NCBI GenBank assembly: GCA_963662275.1 | Contig: OY759316.1 | Location: forward strand, 4,192,001-4,256,000 | DNA length: 64,000 nt | Source of the DNA: Candidatus Cloacimonadales bacterium | GTDB taxonomy: Bacteria; Cloacimonadota; Cloacimonadia; Cloacimonadales; DAONDQ01 | Reading direction: 5' to 3' | Shown: one piece after another, positions 57,805 through 64,000 of the stretch | How the letters are laid out: the number at the start of each line of letters is the position of its first letter | Position numbering within the stretch: position 1 is the first letter of the stretch | Translations under genes and position numbers: made by a program | The notes under the pieces: model-generated | The model's database searches: none | What the model was told of the DNA's origin: nothing | What the model saw: the letters and a program-made list of their open reading frames with translations, nothing else

Positions 57805-59130
57805 ATGAGACTCAAATCTTTTCCTGGAGGTGTACACCCTCATGACAATAAGCACTATTCCAAGAAAGCGCAAGTGGAAGAAATGCCTTTGCCAGGCAAA
57901 GTTGTCATACCTCTATCGCAACACATTGGGGCACCTGCCAAACCGATCGTGCAAGTGGGTGATAAAGTTCTTACCGGTCAGATGATCGCTGAGCCGGGCG
58001 GATTTGTTTCAATTCCCATGCATGCCTCGATTTCAGGCACTGTTACCAAAATCGATCTCTTTTCTCATCCAGCAGGGAATCGTCAAATGGCTATCGAAAT
58101 AACCGGAGACGGCACCGATGAATGGGTGAAGTTAGAAGACAATCCGGATTTCTTGAATATGTCTGCCAAAGACATGAAAGAGAAAATAGCCAAAGCAGGT
58201 ATCTGCGGAATGGGTGGTGCTGGATTTCCGACACATGTCAAACTTAGTCCCCCTCCTGAAAACGCCATTGATACTGTTATTTTGAATGGTGTAGAATGTG
58301 AACCTTACCTGACATCAGATTATCGACTGATGATGGAAAGGGGAGAAGACATTGTTTCCGGATTGAAAGCCATTATGAAAGCACTCAATGCTGCCAATGG
58401 CTATATTGGAATTGAAGTCAACAAGCCGGATGCAATCGCTAAGATGGAACAAATAGTCAAAGGCGAAAAAAACATCAGTGTTGTTGGTTTGCAACTGAAA
58501 TACCCCCAAGGTGCTGAAAAGCAACTGATCTATGCAGCAACCAAACGCAAGGTTCCAGCAAAAGGCGGATTACCGTTGGCTGTTGGTGTTGTGGTTCAGA
58601 ATGTGGGCACAGCAGTAGCTGTTTATGAAGCTCTGCGTTTTGGAAAACCTCTCATTCAGCGCATCGTTACTGTCACTGGAAAGATCGTGAAGAATCCGAA
58701 GAACCTGAAAACACGTATTGGTACTTCCATGCAGGAAATGCTTGATTTCTGTGGCGGAACAACAGGAGAGATCGGTAAGGTCATTTCCGGTGGACCAATG
58801 ATGGGTATTGCCATCGCAACACTGGATACTCCAATTGGAAAAGGCAGTTCAGGCATTGTGATTTTTGATCCAAAAGAAGCTGGAAAAGATGATGAGAATG
58901 TTTGCCTGCATTGCGGACGTTGTATCGATGTCTGTCCCATGGATCTCTTCCCAGCCCAGATAGCTGCCTGTGTCCGAACTGATAAGCTGGAAGAATCACA
59001 GAAAGCTGGTTTGACTGACTGTATGAAATGCGGTAGTTGCGCATATGTTTGTCCTTCGCATATCAAAATTGTCCAGTGGATTGAGATCGGTAAACAGAAA
59101 GTTGCTGAACTGCAACGGAATAAAAAATAA
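57805..59130 (+). CDS. rnfC: Rnf complex subunit C
   Basis: QHIGAP, GMGGAGFPT, ECEPYLTSD, YPQGAEK, two CxxCxxCxxxCP. Confidence 0.97.
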   Translation: MRLKSFPGGVHPHDNKHYSKKAQVEEMPLPGKVVIPLSQHIGAPAKPIVQVGDKVLTGQMIAEPGGFVSIPMHASISGTVTKIDLFSHPAGNRQMAIEITGDGTDEWVKLEDNPDFLNMSAKDMKEKIAKAGICGMGGAGFPTHVKLSPPPENAIDTVILNGVECEPYLTSDYRLMMERGEDIVSGLKAIMKALNAANGYIGIEVNKPDAIAKMEQIVKGEKNISVVGLQLKYPQGAEKQLIYAATKRKVPAKGGLPLAVGVVVQNVGTAVAVYEALRFGKPLIQRIVTVTGKIVKNPKNLKTRIGTSMQEMLDFCGGTTGEIGKVISGGPMMGIAIATLDTPIGKGSSGIVIFDPKEAGKDDENVCLHCGRCIDVCPMDLFPAQIAACVRTDKLEESQKAGLTDCMKCGSCAYVCPSHIKIVQWIEIGKQKVAELQRNKK

Positions 59131-59166
59131 TCGAAATTATATAAAGTCATCCTTCAAGGAGGATTC

Positions 59167-60255
59167 ATGGAGAATAAATTTGTCGTCTCTGCTGCGCCTC
59201 ATTTACATGATAGGACATCAGTTTCCTTTGTAATGTGGCAGGTGGTCATTGCCCTTATTCCGGCTTTGATTGCTGCTGTTTATTTCTTCGGAATTCAATC
59301 TCTGCTTCTTACTCTTTATGGTGGCTTTGCTGCCATGGCTGCAGAAGCCCTGATTCAGAAATTCCGTAAAAAACCTATTACGATTATGGATGGCAGTGCT
59401 TTCCTAACTGGTATGCTGGTTGCCTTCAATCTGAATGCCGGTACACCCTGGTGGCTGACAGTTGTTGGCTCAGTATTTGCCATTGCGATCGGAAAACATG
59501 CCTTTGGTGGTTTGGGAATGAACCCGATGAACCCGGCACTCTTAGGACGTGCCTTTGTTCTTGCTTCCTGGCCTACAATGGTAACAGCCGGTTGGATACC
59601 AACACTGAAGAATTCCATCAATGGAATAAATATGGCTGATATTCCAATCCCTAATCTCCAGGCAATTTCACCGAAAGCCTATACGCTCCTGACTTCAGCA
59701 ACCCCTCTGAATGTTGCCAAGTCAATGCGGGATACTACCTTTGTCCAAACCATGACAACGAATCCTGTCCAAAACTCACAACTTCATGATCTCATACAGA
59801 ATAGCCTCGTGAACTTTCAAAATCTTCAGAACCTGTTCTGGGGAAATATTGGCGGTTCCTTTGGTGAAGTTTCTGCTTTCGCACTTTTATTTGGTGCTTT
59901 ATGGCTAATTCATAACCATATCATTGAATGGCGGATACCACTCAGTTATATCATAACTGTATTTGTGTTGGGCTTCTTAATTGACGGGATGTCAATTTCA
60001 AATGCTCTCTTCCAAGTATTGGCTGGTGGTTTGGTTCTGGGTGCCTTCTATATGGCAACAGATCCTGTTACCTCTCCCATGACTAAGAAGGGAAGGGTCA
60101 TCTTTGGAATTGGCTGTGGTATTGTTACAATGTTCATCAGGTTTAAGGGTGGATATCCGGAAGGTGTCTGTTATGCTATCCTGTTAATGAACATTGCCGT
60201 ACCTTTAATTGATAAATATACGGTTCCTCGTGCTTTCGGGGAGGTGAAGAAATGA
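59167..60255 (+). CDS. rnfD: Rnf complex subunit D
   Basis: FGGLGMNPMNPA, SATPL FMN site, MATDPVTSP. Confidence 0.97.
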   Translation: MENKFVVSAAPHLHDRTSVSFVMWQVVIALIPALIAAVYFFGIQSLLLTLYGGFAAMAAEALIQKFRKKPITIMDGSAFLTGMLVAFNLNAGTPWWLTVVGSVFAIAIGKHAFGGLGMNPMNPALLGRAFVLASWPTMVTAGWIPTLKNSINGINMADIPIPNLQAISPKAYTLLTSATPLNVAKSMRDTTFVQTMTTNPVQNSQLHDLIQNSLVNFQNLQNLFWGNIGGSFGEVSAFALLFGALWLIHNHIIEWRIPLSYIITVFVLGFLIDGMSISNALFQVLAGGLVLGAFYMATDPVTSPMTKKGRVIFGIGCGIVTMFIRFKGGYPEGVCYAILLMNIAVPLIDKYTVPRAFGEVKK

Positions 60256-60854
60256 AAGAAATCATCAAATTAGGTGTTATCTTATTTTTGTTCTGTGCCA
60301 TTGGCAGTGGCGTTCTTGCTTATGTGAATGAAATCACCAAAGACAAGATCAAAGAAAATAAAAAATTAACGGAAGATGCTGCCCGATCTGAAGTCTTACC
60401 AAATGTGAAGTTCGATGGTCCTTTCACGGCAAATGCCGGAAAACCGGATTCCCTGGTTTATTATATGGGAAAAGACACGGATGGTAATATCGTAGGTTAT
60501 ACTTTTGTAGCAGCAGGTCGTGGCTATAGCAGCACCGTGAAAACAATGGTATCTGTCAGTCCTGAATTCCAGGTATTGAAAATCAAAGTTATCGAACAGA
60601 ATGAAACCCCCGGTCTTGGAGCTAATTGTTTGAAGGACGATTTTGCACCACGTTTCGAAAAGATGAATATTACAGACCTGGTTGTTGATAAAGATGGGGG
60701 AAAGATCAAATCTATCACTGGTTCCACCATTTCAACAAGAGCTATAACCAAATCAATTCGCAATGCATTAATGATTATGAAGAATGAAATCGAAACGAAT
60801 CCTAAATCAGCAGAACCTGCTGTGAAGGTTGCGTTAGCAGGAGGTTCCTTATGA
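60252..60854 (+). CDS. rnfG: Rnf complex subunit G
   Basis: ETPGLG, ITGSTIST FMN site. Confidence 0.95.
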   Translation: MKEIIKLGVILFLFCAIGSGVLAYVNEITKDKIKENKKLTEDAARSEVLPNVKFDGPFTANAGKPDSLVYYMGKDTDGNIVGYTFVAAGRGYSSTVKTMVSVSPEFQVLKIKVIEQNETPGLGANCLKDDFAPRFEKMNITDLVVDKDGGKIKSITGSTISTRAITKSIRNALMIMKNEIETNPKSAEPAVKVALAGGSL

Positions 60855-61450
60855 ATCTGATAAAGGAATTTACCAAAGGGTTTGTGAAAGAAAACCCGAC
60901 ATTTGTTTTGGTTTTGGGAATGTGCCCAACACTTGCCACGACTACTTCACTGAAGAATGCCATTGGTATGGGTGTGGCAGCCACATTTGTCCTCGTATGT
61001 TCAAATATGATGATTTCCCTGATCAAGAATGTGACTCCTTCCAATATCCGCATTCCGATATATGTTGTGGTTATTGCAGCTTTCGTTTCCATTGTGGATA
61101 TGATGATGGCTGCCTATACACCACCTCTATATAAAGCGCTTGGAATATTCATTCCTTTAATCGTGGTGAATTGTATCATTCTAGGAAGAGCAGAAGCATT
61201 TGCTGGTAAATACGGTTTTCTTCCTTCCACAGCAGATGGATTGGGAATGGGTATTGGCTTTACCTTAGCGCTATCCGTGATGGCAACCATACGTGAACTA
61301 CTCGGGACTGGTCAGATTTATGGTACGGATATCATGCCACAAGGTTATCTCGCTAATCCTATGTTAGCTGCTGTATTAGTTCCCGGTGCTTTTTTCACAT
61401 TGGGATTCCTGATGGCATTAGTAAAAATATTAAGAAAACAGGAATCGTAG
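60851..61450 (+). CDS. rnfE: Rnf complex subunit E
   Basis: LGMCPTLA, IPLIVVNCIILGRAE. Confidence 0.96.
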   Translation: MNLIKEFTKGFVKENPTFVLVLGMCPTLATTTSLKNAIGMGVAATFVLVCSNMMISLIKNVTPSNIRIPIYVVVIAAFVSIVDMMMAAYTPPLYKALGIFIPLIVVNCIILGRAEAFAGKYGFLPSTADGLGMGIGFTLALSVMATIRELLGTGQIYGTDIMPQGYLANPMLAAVLVPGAFFTLGFLMALVKILRKQES

Positions 61451-61459
61451 GAGATAAGT

Positions 61460-62065
61460 ATGGAATATTTAGGCAATATCTTCATTATGGCGATTAGCGC
61501 CATACTAATACAAAACTTTATCCTGGCAAGATTCCTGGGTCTATGTCCCTTCCTGGGTGTTTCCACAAAAATGGATTCTGCTTTTGGAATGGGAATGGCG
61601 GTTATTTTCGTTATGACCCTGGCATCTTCGCTAACTTACTTGATTTATGCATACCTGCTGATTCCCAATCAACTTGAATATTTAAGCACAATTGCCTTTA
61701 TATTGGCAATCGCTGCCTTGGTTCAATTTGTAGAAATGGTAATCAAGAAGAACGCACCTGCTTTGTATAAATCATTAGGTATTTACTTACCTTTGATCAC
61801 AACAAACTGTGCTGTCTTGGGTGTAGCTTTACTGAACTTTATTGATAAATGGCCTAATGGTAAATCTTATAACTTCTTAGATTCTACATTGAATGGTTTC
61901 TTTTCCGGTGTGGGATTTACGGTTGTATTGTTACTCATGGCTGGAATTCGTGAAAGATATGAATTCATAGAAATACCCGAATCCATGCGTGGTTTTCCCA
62001 TTGCCCTCATTACGGCTGGCTGTATGGCTCTTGCCTTTATGGGCTTTGCCGGATTAAAGTTGTAA
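61460..62065 (+). CDS. rnfA: Rnf complex subunit A
   Basis: FLGLCPFLGVS, LPLITTNCAVLG. Confidence 0.96.
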   Translation: MEYLGNIFIMAISAILIQNFILARFLGLCPFLGVSTKMDSAFGMGMAVIFVMTLASSLTYLIYAYLLIPNQLEYLSTIAFILAIAALVQFVEMVIKKNAPALYKSLGIYLPLITTNCAVLGVALLNFIDKWPNGKSYNFLDSTLNGFFSGVGFTVVLLLMAGIRERYEFIEIPESMRGFPIALITAGCMALAFMGFAGLKL

Positions 62066-62075
62066 GGGGGGATAT

Positions 62076-62891
62076 ATGTTATCTATCATTTTATTACCCG
62101 CTCTTCTCATCGGTGGTTTGGGTTTATTATTTGGACTTGGCTTAGCTTATTCTGCCAACAAATTCCTCGTGGAAACTGATCCGCGTGTGGACTTGATCAT
62201 CGAAGCTTTACCTGGTGCCAATTGTGGTGCTTGTGGAATGCCCGGCTGTGGAGGTTATGCTGAAGCAATCGTTAATGCGGGTGCTCCTATTGATAAATGT
62301 GCTCCAGGTGGAGCTGCAACCTCAAAGAAAATAGCTGAGATTATGGGTACAGAAGCTGGCAATCATGTAAAAAAAGTAGCTTTCATCCATTGCTCTAGCG
62401 GTGGAAGTAATAATACAAATCTTCATTACAAATATGAAGGAATTGGTACCTGTGTTTCCGCTGTCAGTTATGCTGATGGTCCTAATACATGCCGTTGGGG
62501 ATGTGTATTCCAGAATGACTGCCTGCGGGCTTGCCCATTCGATGCAATATCCTTGAACGAAAATGGCATGCGTATTATTGATGCAGAAAAATGCACAGCT
62601 TGCGGTAAATGCGTCAAAGCCTGTCCTCGTCATCTGATAGAACTGTATCCTTATGAAAATCATGATGTACATATTGTATGTTCTTCACATGATAAGGGTC
62701 CTGAAGCCAAACGCGTATGCGGTGCTGGAAAACCTTGTATCGGTTGCGGTATTTGCGTTAAGAACTGTCCTGTAAATGCGATCAAGCTGGATAATAACCT
62801 GGCTGTTATTGATTATAAGTTATGTACAAACTGTGGTAAGTGCGCTACAGTCTGCCCAACCAAATGTATCATTGATTGCAGGGTTTCATAA
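62076..62891 (+). CDS. rnfB: Rnf complex subunit B
   Basis: LPGANCGACGMPGC, multiple ferredoxin motifs. Confidence 0.96.
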   Translation: MLSIILLPALLIGGLGLLFGLGLAYSANKFLVETDPRVDLIIEALPGANCGACGMPGCGGYAEAIVNAGAPIDKCAPGGAATSKKIAEIMGTEAGNHVKKVAFIHCSSGGSNNTNLHYKYEGIGTCVSAVSYADGPNTCRWGCVFQNDCLRACPFDAISLNENGMRIIDAEKCTACGKCVKACPRHLIELYPYENHDVHIVCSSHDKGPEAKRVCGAGKPCIGCGICVKNCPVNAIKLDNNLAVIDYKLCTNCGKCATVCPTKCIIDCRVS

Positions 62892-62903
62892 CCTGTTTAT
62901 AAA

Positions 62904-62935
62904 GTAGAGACGCCCAACTTGGGCGTCTCTTTTTA
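62904..62935 (+). terminator. REP-like hairpin acting as rnf operon terminator
   Basis: GTAGAGACGCCCAA-C-TTGGGCGTCTCT followed by TTTT. Confidence 0.75.
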
Positions 62936-62953
62936 GTTTGCCCAGAATGTTTT

Positions 62954-64000
62954 CTGCGCCGATGGACTGGAAGAAGTCCTGACACCTAATCAGCGGGAAG
63001 TCAACTCGAGGTCAAGGGCGTTGCCGGCAACGGCAGGGTCTGAAGTAAGACGCAGAGGGAATATGGAACATAGCGCAAGTGAACTGATGTTGGTTTGTAG
63101 AGTGGGTAACCTTTCTAAAAGTGGGAAAGCCCGAAAGCTGGATAACTCTACAGATTATGACAGATGGCTTCATATTCAGGCAGGAAAACTTAACTGGGGA
63201 AGCCTGTTATTGTCTACTTAAGGTAGTAGCTTCGATCAAGTTGAAAGATAAGTGAGAAGCCAAGCGATAGCAGGTGGCAGATGATTCCGTAGTAGTGATT
63301 AACCTTTTGCCTATGAAAGCTGGTGACAGTCTGGAGGATAAAACAAAAGGGACAGCATTCACGGTAATGCTGAGGGCTGTATCTCAAAAGGATACAGTTC
63401 ATGCGAAGGGATGAAGATAATCCAAAGGGATGATTTGAAATGTGGAAAGTAATCGATGAAAAGTGAGAAACGAAGGAAGAAGCTGAAATGCTTCGAGGCT
63501 CGGTTTGACAGTGGTGACGAACTTCCTTTCAACCCCGACCGCACGAGACTGATTAGTCAGGCAAAGCTCAAAAGCAGCAGTTCTGTCATATTGCTATATG
63601 CTAAAGAAGGCAGGACACCCTGATGAAGAGACATTCATCCTCGATGAACACCGCAAAACGAATCACAATGAGACAGGAAATGTCATGAGAAAATACTACA
63701 GTTTAATCGACAAAGTGTACTCACTGTCCAACCTGTATGCTTCCTTCACTTCGGTGAAACAGAATAAAGGTGCATCAGGCATTGATGGGCAGAGTCTAGA
63801 AAACTTTGATGAACAACTGGTAGTGAACATCAACCAACTTCACGATGAACTAATGGCAGGCACTTATGAGCCTTCACCGGTAAGACGTGTAGAGATACCC
63901 AAACCCAATGGCAAAATGAGACCGCTAGGCATTCCAACGGTAAGAGACAGAGTAGTGCAGCAGGCAATCCTGAATATCATACAACCGATATTTGAGCCTG
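62954..64000 (+). mobile_element. Group II intron, 5' part (truncated by window end)
   Basis: About 730-nt purine-rich non-coding segment with domain-I-like motifs (GGGAAAGCCCGAAAGC, CCGTAGTAG, GGTGACAGTCTGGAGG) followed by an intron-type RT; 5' boundary uncertain (62936-62955). Confidence 0.85.
63685..64000 (+). CDS. ltrA: Group II intron reverse transcriptase/maturase, partial
   Basis: Manual translation: MRKYYSLIDKVYSLSNL...NKGASGIDG...YEPSPVRRVEIPKPNGKMRPLGIPTVRDRVVQQAILNIIQPIFEP. Confidence 0.95.
   Translation, partial: MRKYYSLIDKVYSLSNLYASFTSVKQNKGASGIDGQSLENFDEQLVVNINQLHDELMAGTYEPSPVRRVEIPKPNGKMRPLGIPTVRDRVVQQAILNIIQPIFEP

Noticed and set aside
63021..63544. Short ORFs in the intron RNA
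   Set aside because: They lie in the ribozyme domains and have no coding signals
63685..64000. RT as the DGR enzyme for the FGE protein
   Set aside because: Motifs (GASGIDG, RPLGIPTVRDRVVQ) and the upstream ribozyme-like RNA indicate a group II intron maturase

Overview
AT-rich chromosomal window from a diderm anaerobe. The gene content (LptE, LolA, KdsB, rnfCDGEAB, secreted proteins ending in YPNPF...KKM/LxxLK domains) is most consistent with Candidatus Cloacimonadota; this assignment is inference. The window spans the probable replication origin: dnaA followed by a DnaA-box cluster with no dnaN after it, and two parS sites about 10 kb away. Housekeeping genes include surA-like PPIases, pgpA, yajC, def, fmt, htrA, radC, purE, ychF, ftsK, queD, engB, mnmG, mnmE, kdsB, dxs, ruvB, tRNA-fMet and a full Rnf operon. 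There are several Fn3/Ig-repeat surface proteins and the 5' part of a group II intron at the right edge. Best leads: (1) a tightly coupled operon joining a bacterial ceramide-synthase-like GNAT, an Aur1/IPC-synthase-like PAP2 protein, a catalytically altered PlsY paralog and an outer-membrane barrel, a candidate phosphosphingolipid pathway; (2) intergenic palindromes of different sequence that share one architecture, 11-bp-periodic arms decaying outward from a central hairpin; (3) a four-helix-bundle gene in a cassette bounded by nested inverted heptamer arrays, just upstream of dnaA; (4) an FGE/CLec protein with a DGR-like variable C-terminus paired with a near-empty sorting-domain protein; (5) a four-copy modular repeat with conserved ends and variable cargo, plus many GTAG-type REPs. 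All calls were made by eye without database searches.
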